From Clostridia bacterium (GTDB lineage Bacteria; Bacillota; Clostridia; Oscillospirales; CAG-272), in NCBI GenBank assembly GCA_017462485.1, contig JAFTRA010000003.1, forward strand, positions 859 to 64,858: a stretch of DNA of 64,000 bases, given 5' to 3'. Position numbers and translations under genes: made by a program. The notes under the pieces were generated by a model, which had not been told where the DNA came from, made no database searches, and worked only from the letters and a program-made list of their open reading frames with translations. Positions 48,230 to 58,306 of this stretch are shown one piece after another; positions within the stretch are counted from its first letter, which is position 1, and the number at the start of each line of letters is the position of its first letter.

Positions 48230-49833
48230 ATAACAGAATCGTTTCACTCTGCCTTATCTTCACGATTCTCATCGGTGTCTTATCTCTTTCTGCCTGCCAC
48301 GGCAGCAACAAGAAAAAGGAATTCGAGCTTCCGGACCAGTTTGATACCGAAACGCCAATTGAAATCAGTTTCTGGGCAAAAAATGACACGAATATCGACC
48401 AAGTAGCTGTGTATAATAAAGCCATAGAGGACTTTGAGCGCGCGTATCCGAACGTTACCGTAAATCTCGAGCTTTATACCGATTACGGCAGAATATATAA
48501 CGACGTTATTACCAATATCGCTACGGGTACGACACCTAACGTCTGCATCACGTATCCAGACCATATAGCGACCTACATGACGGGCGAGAACACTGTCGTT
48601 CCGCTTGACTCTCTTATGAAGGATAAGAAATACGGTCTTGGCGGCAGTGAGGTCAACTTTGACTCGGTTAAGGAAAACGAAATCATACCGAAATTTTTGG
48701 ACGAATGCTTCATTGGCGGAAATTACTACGCTCTTCCATATCTTCGCTCAACCGAGGCGTGCTATATAAACAAGACCTACGTCGAAGCTCTTGGATATAC
48801 CGTTCCCGAGGTTTTGACCTGGGACTTCATATGGGAGGTTTCAGAAGCGGCTATGGCTAAAAACCCCGACGGAACCTACAAGGTAAACGGTCAGAAAACG
48901 ATGATTCCGTTCATCTACAAATCGACGGACAATATGATGATACAGATGCTCGAGCAGCAGGACGCTGATTATTCAACTCTCTCGGGCGACGTTCTGATTT
49001 TTAACGACGATACGGCAGAAATTCTCAAAACTGTTGCCTCTCACGCTAAAACAAGAGCCTTCTCTACCTTTAAAATTTCAAGCTATCCCGCGAACTTCCT
49101 TAATGCAGGTCAATGTATTTTCGCTATCGACTCAACGGCGGGTGCAACTTGGATGGGAAGCGACGCTCCTCTGGTGGATATTCCAGAAAGCCAGATGGTA
49201 AAATTTGAAACCGTAGTAAAAGCCATTCCCCAATACGATACAGAGAATCCCAAAATGATATCACAGGGACCGTCAATGTGTATCTTCAACAAGGAAAATT
49301 CGCAAGAAGTGCTTGCATCGTGGCTTTTTATGCAGTTTATGCTGACGAATGACGTTCAGATAGCATATTCGCAGACCGAGGGATATCTTCCGGTTACCAC
49401 CAAGGCGCAAAACAGCGCTGAATACAAGGACTACCTCGCAAAAAGCGGAGAGGATAACGACCTTCATTACAAGATAAAGATAGATGCGACAAAGCTTCTT
49501 CTCGACAACATAGATAATACCTTCGTCACTCCCGTTTTTAACGGCTCGGCTTCCTTAAGGAACGCGGCGGGGCAAATGATAGAAGAGGTCGCAAAGGCTG
49601 TGCGCAGAAACAAAACAGTTGACGATACCTTTATAAAAAATCTCTACTCGGAAATGACCTCGCTATATAAGCTTAACGAAATAAGAAACGATGCGTCATC
49701 AATAATCAAGCTCGGAAAAATGCCTGCCGGCTCTATCGTACTTATCGTTTCGCTTGCGGTTATATGGACATCAATAGGAGTATATCTCGTCTATACGCTC
49801 ATAAAAAAGAATAAAATAGAGCGAAAATCTTGA
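48226..49833 (+). CDS. ABC solute-binding lipoprotein with an extra C-terminal TM helix
   Basis: Lipobox LSAC, YPDH, TEGYLP; hydrophobic C-terminal segment followed by KKNK. Confidence 0.88.
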   Translation: MNNRIVSLCLIFTILIGVLSLSACHGSNKKKEFELPDQFDTETPIEISFWAKNDTNIDQVAVYNKAIEDFERAYPNVTVNLELYTDYGRIYNDVITNIATGTTPNVCITYPDHIATYMTGENTVVPLDSLMKDKKYGLGGSEVNFDSVKENEIIPKFLDECFIGGNYYALPYLRSTEACYINKTYVEALGYTVPEVLTWDFIWEVSEAAMAKNPDGTYKVNGQKTMIPFIYKSTDNMMIQMLEQQDADYSTLSGDVLIFNDDTAEILKTVASHAKTRAFSTFKISSYPANFLNAGQCIFAIDSTAGATWMGSDAPLVDIPESQMVKFETVVKAIPQYDTENPKMISQGPSMCIFNKENSQEVLASWLFMQFMLTNDVQIAYSQTEGYLPVTTKAQNSAEYKDYLAKSGEDNDLHYKIKIDATKLLLDNIDNTFVTPVFNGSASLRNAAGQMIEEVAKAVRRNKTVDDTFIKNLYSEMTSLYKLNEIRNDASSIIKLGKMPAGSIVLIVSLAVIWTSIGVYLVYTLIKKNKIERKS

Positions 49834-49919
49834 CATTTATAAAAAAACGTATATAATAATATTAACCCTTTTTTATTAACAATTTAATAAACAAATTTAA
49901 AGCAAAGGAAAAAAACAAA

Positions 49920-51326
49920 ATGAAAAAAATCTTAAGCATTCTTTTGGTTTTGGTTCTCACTCTTTCTTTCGCTCTCGTTTCCTGCGACTTTACACGCGAT
50001 AACGACGATGACAACAATGAAAATGAGAACAACGAGAACAATCAGAACAACACTGTCGAAGAAAAGGTGATGACCTACGCTGAATACGCCGCCGCAGCAC
50101 TCGAAACCGAGGTCGTTGTTGAGGTTTACGTTCAGGCTACTCAGGGCTGGTGGTCTAAGGACGGCCAGGGTCTTATCACCGTATATGCGGCTGACAAGGA
50201 CGGCGCTTATTTCATTTATGAAATGAAGTGCTCCGAGGCTGACGCCGCTAAGCTTACTCCCGGTACCAAGATTAAGGTTAAGGGATACAAAGCAGCATGG
50301 TCCGGCGAGGTTGAGATTATAGACGCTTCGTTCGAGTTTGTTACCGGAGCTGATACCTACGTTAGCACTCCTCTCGACGCAACTTCGCTTCTTGGCGCAG
50401 ACGAGCTCATCAATCATCAGAACAAGCTTGTAAGCTTCAAACCCTTGACGGTTGTTGCTTCCAACAAAAAGGATGACACTACAAACTACGCTTTCCTCTA
50501 CAACTGGGACGGATCCGGCTCACAGGGTAACGATATTTACTTCAACGTTTCCGACGGAAAGAACACCTATACGTTCTGCGTTGAATCATATCTCACCGGT
50601 AAGGACACCGACGTTTATAAGGCTGTTGAAGCGCTTCAAATTGGTGATGTTATAACAGTTGAAGGCTTCCTTTATTGGTACAACGGTGCGCAGCCCCACG
50701 TAACCAAGGTAAACAAGGTTATGACCTATGCTGAATACACCGCTGCGGAAATTGACAGTGAGGTTAATCTTTTCGTATACGTGCAGGCTAACCAATCCTG
50801 GTGGGATAACAAAATCACACTTTACGCTGCCGACGAAGACGGCGCATACTTCATCTACGAGCTTCCCTGCTCCGAGGCTGACGCTGCAAAGCTCACCCCC
50901 GGCACGAAGATTTTCGTTTCCGGATACAAGGCCGAGTGGTCGGGCGAGGTTGAAATAGTTGACGCAACCTTCAAGTTTGCGGGTGAAGATACATACGTTG
51001 CAACTCCCGTTGACCTTACCGACAAGCTTGCATCGAACGACCTTATCAATTATCAGAATCAGCTCGCAAGCTTTAACGGTCTTACTATCAAGAGCATTTC
51101 TTACAAGAACAACGAGCCCGGCTACGGCAACGATATATACGTAACCGTTACCAAGGACGGTGTTGACTATGATTTCTGCGTTGAGGCTTACCTCACCGCT
51201 CCCGGCACCGACGTTTACGATATTTTCGCTGATCTTCAGGCAGGCGACGTTATCGACGTTGAAGGCTTTGTTTACTGGTACAACGGTATCAATACTCACA
51301 TCACCAAAGTAGTAGCCAACGGCTAA
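49920..51326 (+). CDS. Lipoprotein with an internally duplicated ~200-aa module (OB-fold-like)
   Basis: Lipobox LVSC, N/E-rich linker, then two copies of KVMTYAEY...GF(L/V)YWYNG. Confidence 0.85.
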   Translation: MKKILSILLVLVLTLSFALVSCDFTRDNDDDNNENENNENNQNNTVEEKVMTYAEYAAAALETEVVVEVYVQATQGWWSKDGQGLITVYAADKDGAYFIYEMKCSEADAAKLTPGTKIKVKGYKAAWSGEVEIIDASFEFVTGADTYVSTPLDATSLLGADELINHQNKLVSFKPLTVVASNKKDDTTNYAFLYNWDGSGSQGNDIYFNVSDGKNTYTFCVESYLTGKDTDVYKAVEALQIGDVITVEGFLYWYNGAQPHVTKVNKVMTYAEYTAAEIDSEVNLFVYVQANQSWWDNKITLYAADEDGAYFIYELPCSEADAAKLTPGTKIFVSGYKAEWSGEVEIVDATFKFAGEDTYVATPVDLTDKLASNDLINYQNQLASFNGLTIKSISYKNNEPGYGNDIYVTVTKDGVDYDFCVEAYLTAPGTDVYDIFADLQAGDVIDVEGFVYWYNGINTHITKVVANG

Positions 51327-51380
51327 ACAATTTTATTATAAACAAACGGTTGGCGTCATTCAAGCGTAATCGTGAGTGAA

Positions 51381-51512
51381 GGGACTGTCGCATTTAGGCA
51401 GAACCAAACAAAAAACGGCAGAAGCATTGTCATAAAACAGTGTTTCTGCCGTTTCTTTATGCGAATTTAAAGAAATCAAGGTTGAAAATCTATGGTTTTC
51501 TGCCTTTTTATT
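51381..51512 (+). repeat. Second copy of the ~130-bp IS-end-like element
   Basis: GGGACTGTCGCATTTAGGCAGAACC..., nearly identical to 2268-2398. Confidence 0.85.
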
Positions 51513-51565
51513 ATTTACTTTTGCTATGAAACCTTTGTTAGATAAAATTAAATAACGTACATCAA

Positions 51566-51763
51566 TAGCGTGATACTCTTAACGGAGTATCACGCTAACT
51601 AAGTTTGCCCTTCGGGCAAGTTAAGTTATCTTCGATAGTGAAGTTCACTTCGTGAGTGAAGTTTCGCCTAACGGCGAAGTGATGGGCAAACTTAACTTCA
51701 CTTGTGCGTAGCACAAACTTCACTGCATAGCAACTTCACTTTCGCAATAGCGAAAACTTCACT
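51566..51763. repeat. REP-like cluster of short hairpins linked by AGTGAAGTT/AACTTCACT
   Basis: Two AGTGAAGTT then four AACTTCACT copies, separated by small stem-loops. Confidence 0.7.
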
Positions 51764-51875
51764 AACAGAAAAAGAGAGAACGTTTCGGCTACGAACCGAT
51801 TTACGAATGCCTCTCTTTTTTTTCTTTGTATAAAACGTTATTTTTTAACTTTTATTTACATTTCTTTGTTTTTAT

Positions 51876-53192
51876 TCAAGTATAGTCCCCAAGGAAGTCT
51901 CTGTTTATCTCGAACAGCTCGTCACACATATTCTTAATCTCATCAAGTGAGCAGACTGCCGAGGCAAGCGGGTCCATATATGCGGCTCTGTAAACAAGCT
52001 CGCGGCTTTTTTTCATAGCTGCCTCAACAACCAGGCTCTCCAGTCTTGCCGTTGTATTGACAAGGATAGCTATATGCTCGGGAAGATTTCCGGCTATCGT
52101 CGTTCTGAAGCCCATTCTGTCAGCAACCACCGGCACTTCAACGCAGGCATCGTCGGGAACATTCGGGATAGAGCCGTGATTTATCACGTTTCCGTTGAAA
52201 ACGAATGGCTTTCCGTCGCCTATGCGTGCATTAAAAATGTCTGCCGCGTACTCTATGCTCTTCTCCTTTGAGAAGGGCTTATTTAACCACGCCTCGTACT
52301 GCTTCATAGTATCCTTCGCTCTGTCACGACGAAGATTCAAGGAAAATGCGTGCTCTCCCGGATTCCAGTTCGTACCGTGAGTGCAATACTTTTCAATGAG
52401 GTCGGGACGCTTTCTGAACCACTGGTTATACTCGGAGTTATGACCTGAGGACTCGGTAACGTAGTATCCGAGCTTTAAGAACATTTCGTTTCTAACCTGC
52501 TCCTTGTTGAGAATCTCCTCGTTTGACGTAATCAATTCACGGAGCCTCGGATAAAGGCTCTCGCCACGGTGCTCCAGCCTTGTGTAAAACGCCTGGTGAT
52601 TGACACCCATACAGGTGTAGTCTATCTCGTCCTTCGGTACGTCAAGCCATTCAGCAAGCATTTTGATAGTTCCCTGCACGCTATGGCAAAGACCGGTTAC
52701 CTCAACGTTTGAATACTTCTGCATAGCTCCGCAGAGCATTGACATAGGATTAGTATAGTTGAGGAATACCGCCTTAGGACAATATTTTTTAATGTCCTCG
52801 CATATTTCAAGCATAAGAGGAATATTTCGAAGAGCTCTGAAAATACCCGAAACGCTTCTCGTATCTCCGACGTTTACATCGACTCCGTACTTTTTGGGAA
52901 TGGTTATGTCGTACTGCCATACGTCTATATCTCCGTTGAATACTGTGCAAAGCACACCGTCTGCATCAAGAAGAGCCTCACGTCTGTTCTGCGTAGCGAC
53001 GATTTTGCAACCCGGGCAGTCCATTTCCTTAATGATTTTTTCCACGACCTTCGTGATACCGCGAAGATTGGTTTCGTTAGTATCCATAAGTCTGAACTCT
53101 GTTTCACGGAATGCGGGAAACGTGAGCAAATCACGCACGCAGCTACTCGTGAACTGTAGGCTTCCTGCGCCTATAAAAGCTATTTTTTTCAT
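51876..53192 (-). CDS. melA: GH4 alpha-galactosidase/alpha-glucosidase
   Basis: IGAGS, LNYTNPM, GLCHSVQ, GVNHQ, TESSGHNSEY. Confidence 0.85.
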   Translation of the reverse strand: MKKIAFIGAGSLQFTSSCVRDLLTFPAFRETEFRLMDTNETNLRGITKVVEKIIKEMDCPGCKIVATQNRREALLDADGVLCTVFNGDIDVWQYDITIPKKYGVDVNVGDTRSVSGIFRALRNIPLMLEICEDIKKYCPKAVFLNYTNPMSMLCGAMQKYSNVEVTGLCHSVQGTIKMLAEWLDVPKDEIDYTCMGVNHQAFYTRLEHRGESLYPRLRELITSNEEILNKEQVRNEMFLKLGYYVTESSGHNSEYNQWFRKRPDLIEKYCTHGTNWNPGEHAFSLNLRRDRAKDTMKQYEAWLNKPFSKEKSIEYAADIFNARIGDGKPFVFNGNVINHGSIPNVPDDACVEVPVVADRMGFRTTIAGNLPEHIAILVNTTARLESLVVEAAMKKSRELVYRAAYMDPLASAVCSLDEIKNMCDELFEINRDFLGDYT

Positions 53193-53423
53193 ATCAAGTT
53201 CCTTTCTGCCGCCCTAGGCAAGCTCGTAAATCGTTAATGAATTTTTTATGCGCCAATCCAAACCGAACAGATTTGTATCTGACGCTTTCATTATAAAGCA
53301 AGGGGCTGAAAAGGTAAATAGAAATTTTTCTTATAAATATGGACAAAAATGCTGTCGTATGATACAATATAATCAAGCATAAGTTTTAAAATCATCTAAA
53401 ACTAAAACAAGGCGGTTGTTATT

Positions 53424-54233
53424 ATGGCTCATATATACGACGGAAGCCGTGACTCTACGAATTTCGTTTCCGAAAGCTTCCTTGACGTGAACAGCGTTGG
53501 CACGCAAATTATGCCAAAGGGCTCGGTAACTATTCGAAGGCAAGGCAGAGTTGACTATCATATTTTTCTCGTTCTTGACGGCAAATACACGGTATCGTTC
53601 GGCGGTGAGGAGCATATACTCACGGCGGGCGGTCTTGCGCTCTATTATCCTGGCGAGGCGCAAAGATACGAGGCTCTTGTAACCAGCAAGTCCTTCTGGC
53701 TTCACTTTTCAGGCGAAGCGCTTGAGGGAATCCTGAAGTCCGAAAAGCTTCCCTCGGGTATATACAAGGCTTCGGAAAAGGTTACCACGGAAGCCTTCAA
53801 GCTTTTAAGCCTTTTCGGTACCGGCAATAAAAGATATTCGAGAGCTGCGCTGCTAAAGCTGATTTATACTCTCTCCGACTGCGTCGGCGATAAAAAGAGC
53901 GGAATCCCGCCCGAAATTTTCTCTGCTGTTGCATACGTCAATTCAAATTACGACAAGGAGATAAGCCTTGACGCTCTTGCGAAAATTTCCGGCTACTCAA
54001 AGAGTAGATTTTCTCACCTCTTCTCAGAGTCAATGTCCACGTCTCCCCTGAAGTATCAGAACGGGCTGCGCTTAAAAAATGCCGCTGAAATGCTTCTTTC
54101 CTCGACGGCACCTGTTGGCGAAATTGCATCTCTCGTAGGCTTTTCCGACCAGCTTTATTTCACAAGACTCTTCACTCGCGAGTTTGGTATATCTCCGACC
54201 GAGTACAGAAAACGGCCGAATGATGAAAACTAA
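53424..54233 (+). CDS. AraC family regulator, divergent from the GH4 gene
   Basis: VGFSDQLYFTRLF HTH. Confidence 0.92.
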   Translation: MAHIYDGSRDSTNFVSESFLDVNSVGTQIMPKGSVTIRRQGRVDYHIFLVLDGKYTVSFGGEEHILTAGGLALYYPGEAQRYEALVTSKSFWLHFSGEALEGILKSEKLPSGIYKASEKVTTEAFKLLSLFGTGNKRYSRAALLKLIYTLSDCVGDKKSGIPPEIFSAVAYVNSNYDKEISLDALAKISGYSKSRFSHLFSESMSTSPLKYQNGLRLKNAAEMLLSSTAPVGEIASLVGFSDQLYFTRLFTREFGISPTEYRKRPNDEN

Positions 54234-54316
54234 ATAAAAAACAAAGCTCCGATGCGACAATAAATCCATCGGAGCTTCAACTATTATTATAAAACGCCTG
54301 TTTTGAAAACTAATAT

Positions 54317-56419
54317 TTACAAAATCTCGCCATACGTCATATCGCCATAGGTGGGAACAGGCCAATATTCACGTGCGGTTATCTCTTCGAGAGTGTCTAT
54401 GTAATAACGCAGCTTATCCATAGCGGCGCTAACGTTCTTGCAGTAGAAGAATGCTGCTTCCTCGGTGGACTCCATCTTCGTGGCAACGCTCTCGCAATCG
54501 GCAAGAGCACGGTGAGCCTCGTAAACAGACGAGAGATTTGATACGAGCTTCTCTATATGAGCACGCTCGTTCGAAACGTTCGCGCTTGGAACAAGAGTCA
54601 GTATACTGTTCACAGAAGAGGAAAGGTCACCTATATATTTGTTTACAGCGGGAATATAGTCACGCATAGCCATCTCAAGCATAGTCTTTGCTTCTATATT
54701 CTTTATCTTTCTGTAATTCGCGAAATAGATTTCACGGCGTGAGCGAAGCTCTACTCTGCTCATAACGCCAAACTTCTCAAAGAGCTCCACGTTTTTATCG
54801 TCATCAAAATGCGCATACGCCTCGGGCGAGGTCTTGAAGTTTGAAAGACCGCGTCTTTCTGCTTCTCTCTCCCATTCCTTTGAATAGGAATTTCCGGAGA
54901 AAAGAATTCTGCTATGAGAAGCGAGAGTATCTCTTATAAGCTTATCAAGAGTCTTATCAAAGTCCTTCGCGCCCTCGAGAACGTCGGCAAAGTCAGAGAA
55001 GGATTTTGCTACCGCAGTATTAAGAACGGTATTCGCAAATGCTATATTCTGCGACGAGCCTATCATTCTGAACTCAAACTTATTACCCGTAAACGCAAAT
55101 GGCGAGGTTCTGTTTCTATCGGTATTATCTCGTCTTATAGCCGGAACGGTCTTGCTTCCAAAGGACATATATCTCTTATCGGGATTATGGAATTCCGAGC
55201 CGTTTATGATGGAATTTACGAGCGATTCAAGCTCATCTCCAAGGAACATTGAAATAATCGCAGGGGGCGCCTCGTGACCGCCGAGACGGCAATCGTTACC
55301 CGCCGTTGCGGCAGAGATTCGAAGCAGGTCCTGATAATCGTCCACCGCCTTAATAACAGCAGCGAGCATAAGAAGGAACAATTTATTATCTCTCGGAGTT
55401 TTTCCCGGCTTCAAGAGGTTTTTACCCGTATCTGTACCAAGCGACCAGTTGTTATGCTTACCTGAGCCGTTAATACCCTCAAACGGTTTTTCCGCAAGAA
55501 GACACGCCATTCCGTACTTCGGAGCGAGTCTCTTCATACATTCCATCATAAGTAAATTATGGTCGGTTGCTATATTCGTGGTATGGTAAACGGGCGCGAG
55601 CTCGTGCTGCGCGGGAGCCGTTTCATTATGCTTTGTCTTTGCGGATATGCCGAGCTTCCAAAGCTCGACGTCGAGCTCGTGCATATATTCGCTGACTCTC
55701 GTGGGGAGAGTACCGAAGTAATGGTCGTCAAGCTCCTGGCCCTTAACAGCGGGTGCGCCGAAGAGCGTTCTTCCGCAGTAGAAGAGGTCTCTGCGAGCCT
55801 TGAAGTCCTCCTCTTTAATGAGGAAATATTCCTGCTCCGCTCCAACCGTTGCGGTAACTCTTCTCGCCTCGGTGTCACCGAAGAGCTTAACTATGCGAAG
55901 TCCCTCACAGCTTATAGCGTCCATCGAACGAAGCAAGGGCGTTTTAGTATCAAGCGCCTCACCCGTGTAAGAACAGAATGCCGTGGGAATATAAAGCGAG
56001 CCGTCCTTGACAAAGGCGTAGGAAGCAGGGTCCCAAGCGGTATATCCGCGCGCCTCAAAGGTAGCTCTGAGTCCACCCGAGGGGAAGCTTGAAGCATCGG
56101 GCTCGCCCTTGATAAGAACCTTGCCCGAAAATTCCATAATTGCCTTACCGTGCTCCGTTGGAGTGAGGAAAGCGTCGTGCTTCTCTGCAGTGACACCCGT
56201 GAGTGGCTGGAACCAATGAGTAAAATGAGTCGCGCCTTGCTCGATAGCCCAATCCTTCATAGCCGACGCAACAGTGTCCGCAATACTAGGGTCTATTTCT
56301 TTTCCCGCCTCAATAGTCGAAAGCAACGAAAGATAAACCTCCTCCGGAAGTCTCTCTCTCATAACCTCTTCATTAAAGACACGGGAGCCAAAAATTTTTG
56401 GCACGTTTAACTTTTCCAT
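54317..56419 (-). CDS. glnA: Glutamine synthetase type III
   Basis: HWFQPLTG.TAEKHD, GEPDASSFPSGG, HNETAPAQHE, DRNRTSPFAFTGNKFEFR. Confidence 0.95.
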   Translation of the reverse strand: MEKLNVPKIFGSRVFNEEVMRERLPEEVYLSLLSTIEAGKEIDPSIADTVASAMKDWAIEQGATHFTHWFQPLTGVTAEKHDAFLTPTEHGKAIMEFSGKVLIKGEPDASSFPSGGLRATFEARGYTAWDPASYAFVKDGSLYIPTAFCSYTGEALDTKTPLLRSMDAISCEGLRIVKLFGDTEARRVTATVGAEQEYFLIKEEDFKARRDLFYCGRTLFGAPAVKGQELDDHYFGTLPTRVSEYMHELDVELWKLGISAKTKHNETAPAQHELAPVYHTTNIATDHNLLMMECMKRLAPKYGMACLLAEKPFEGINGSGKHNNWSLGTDTGKNLLKPGKTPRDNKLFLLMLAAVIKAVDDYQDLLRISAATAGNDCRLGGHEAPPAIISMFLGDELESLVNSIINGSEFHNPDKRYMSFGSKTVPAIRRDNTDRNRTSPFAFTGNKFEFRMIGSSQNIAFANTVLNTAVAKSFSDFADVLEGAKDFDKTLDKLIRDTLASHSRILFSGNSYSKEWEREAERRGLSNFKTSPEAYAHFDDDKNVELFEKFGVMSRVELRSRREIYFANYRKIKNIEAKTMLEMAMRDYIPAVNKYIGDLSSSVNSILTLVPSANVSNERAHIEKLVSNLSSVYEAHRALADCESVATKMESTEEAAFFYCKNVSAAMDKLRYYIDTLEEITAREYWPVPTYGDMTYGEIL

Positions 56420-56704
56420 AAGCTCCTACCTCTCTTAAAATTGAGATTTATATTTTAATATAGTATACATTATATAAAGTTTATTGTCAAGTTGTAAATT
56501 CACCAAAATACGCGAGTACAAAGACAGAAAAAGCGTTGAATTTGCTCTATATATCAAAACGAACTCAAAATATGCGAAGGCTCACCGCATAAAAGTTCCT
56601 ATCTCTATACTTGACTTTTCTCCCACGTAGGTGTATAATATTCCAGTACGCCTCTTAAAGAAAGAATTCTCAAAGAGATAAAAACAGTTTACAAAGGATA
56701 TTAA

Positions 56705-57700
56705 ATGTACTATATAACACTCGACCTTGAATGGAACCAAGCGTATCTTCAAAAGGCGCTTGCCGTTCAGCGCCAGCTCTCCTCGAGACTTCGCGGAGAG
56801 GTTATCCAGATAGGAGCGGTAAAGCTGAACGAAAATATGCAGCCCTGCGGCTCTTATCAGGTAATTGTTAAACCCAAATACTTCAAGAAGCTGCACAGGC
56901 ACGTCAGCGAGCTTACGGGAATAACCCAAGACCAGATGGACCTCGGAACTCCCCTGCCCGAAGCTGCCGCAAGCTTCAAGAAATGGTGCGGCAGCGACTT
57001 CGTATTTCTCACCTGGGGCCCCGACGATATCCCTATGCTTAAGGAAAATTTCCACGTTCACTCAATTGATTCAAAGTGGCTTGAGCGTGTTTACGATTTG
57101 CAGATAATTTTCAACAGGCAGACCGACGGGGCGAACAAGCAGCGCTCGCTTGAGTACGCTATGGAATTTTTTGAAATTCCGCAAAGGCTACCGGCTCACG
57201 ATGCCTTAAACGACGCTTATTTCACCGCTCTCGTTGCAGCAAAGCTTGATGTGAAGCAAGGAATCGCTCTTTACGACTCGGTAAGAGGCGAGCACCTCGA
57301 GTCATCTGTTATAGGCGATGCAGATGCGGGTGACGACGGCTACGTTACGATAGGAGAAATGCTCGAGGATAAAATAGTGGCTTCCCCGATATGCCCCCTG
57401 TGCAAGAGAGAGCTAAAATCTCTTGGCAAGCCGCTTCACACCAAAGGTCAGAAATACACCTTTATATATAATTGCGAAAAAGACGGTGATATGATACTCA
57501 CCCTAAAGCTCCACCGCAATTTTAACGACACCTGGAGAGCTAAACGAACCTTAGATAAGGCGACCGAGGAAAAGCTCCTCGCATACAAGACAGGCCTTGA
57601 GAAGAGCAATATCCGAAGAAAAGGGCCGAAGCGCAACTCTCGCGGCGGAAGAAAAAAGAAGCCCACCGAAGCAGTAACCCAGACGGCAGTTGAGAGCTGA
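56705..57700 (+). CDS. DEDDh 3'-5' exonuclease (KapD-like) with a C-terminal Cys cluster
   Basis: LDLEWNQ, EVIQIGAVK, LTGIT, HDALNDA; CPLC...C. Confidence 0.88.
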   Translation: MYYITLDLEWNQAYLQKALAVQRQLSSRLRGEVIQIGAVKLNENMQPCGSYQVIVKPKYFKKLHRHVSELTGITQDQMDLGTPLPEAAASFKKWCGSDFVFLTWGPDDIPMLKENFHVHSIDSKWLERVYDLQIIFNRQTDGANKQRSLEYAMEFFEIPQRLPAHDALNDAYFTALVAAKLDVKQGIALYDSVRGEHLESSVIGDADAGDDGYVTIGEMLEDKIVASPICPLCKRELKSLGKPLHTKGQKYTFIYNCEKDGDMILTLKLHRNFNDTWRAKRTLDKATEEKLLAYKTGLEKSNIRRKGPKRNSRGGRKKKPTEAVTQTAVES

Positions 57701-57710
57701 TTTTAAATAC

Positions 57711-57822
57711 GCCGAGCGAAAGTAAGGCACATCACTATTTGCGAAAAGCAAATAATATTGCTGACAGGCAGAGCTTGTCTATATCGCTCTCGGCAAAGCC
57801 CGGCATATCGCTATTCGCAGAA
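57711..57822. repeat. Degenerate REP-like hairpin cluster
   Basis: A(C/T)AT(C/T)(A/G)CT linker repeated four times between short stem-loops. Confidence 0.5.
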
Positions 57823-57833
57823 AACAAGACTAT

Positions 57834-57868
57834 AAAAAAATCCCGCGCTGACTAGGCGCGGGATTTTC
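57834..57868. terminator. Bidirectional intrinsic terminator
   Basis: AAAAAAATCCCGCGC...GCGCGGGATTTT. Confidence 0.8.
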
Positions 57869-57879
57869 ATGCGACTTTA

Positions 57880-58017
57880 TCAACCGAGGGTAAGACCACC
57901 CGGCATTGGAATCATCGGGGAGTCCGTTTCGTCACTTCCCTCATCTGCACCGCTGGTGCGTATGATGTCCAGGTTGTTGATTTTTATAAGGTCGCATATC
58001 GGAGCTTCATATTTCAT
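57880..58017 (-). CDS. 45-aa peptide MKYEAPICDLIKINNLDIIRTSGADEGSDETDSPMIPMPGGLTLG, same YxxP...DIIxTS leader family
   Basis: Strong AAAGGAGG RBS, own promoter upstream, terminator downstream, leader motif shared with the two 44-aa peptides. Confidence 0.82.
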   Translation of the reverse strand: MKYEAPICDLIKINNLDIIRTSGADEGSDETDSPMIPMPGGLTLG

Positions 58018-58064
58018 TGAAAACCTCCTTTAGCAATAGTTATTGACTATATGACTGCATAGTA

Positions 58065-58093
58065 ATTGTAGCATACTTTCACAAAAAAAGCAA
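58065..58093 (-). promoter_or_regulatory. Sigma-A-type promoter for the 45-aa peptide
   Basis: TTGCTT-17-TACAAT with an extended TG. Confidence 0.55.
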
Positions 58094-58306
58094 TAGCAAA
58101 ATGCAAAATTTTGGATTTTTTTTAAAATTCACGTTTTCTTCATATTTTTTTGCTCGAAACACCGTTTCATTTATTGCAAATACTGCGAAAAAAGGCAGAG
58201 GTACTACTTTAAATAGCGCCTCTGCCAAAAATATTAAATTTCAGGAGAAAATCAAGCTTGAAATCCGTGATTTTCTCTTTTTTATACCTACTGCCCGAGG
58301 TCAGCC

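Noticed and set aside
57870-58030. Possible 6S or other ncRNA in the GC-richer intergenic stretch
   Set aside because: Better explained by a 45-aa ORF with a strong RBS and a leader motif shared with two other peptides.
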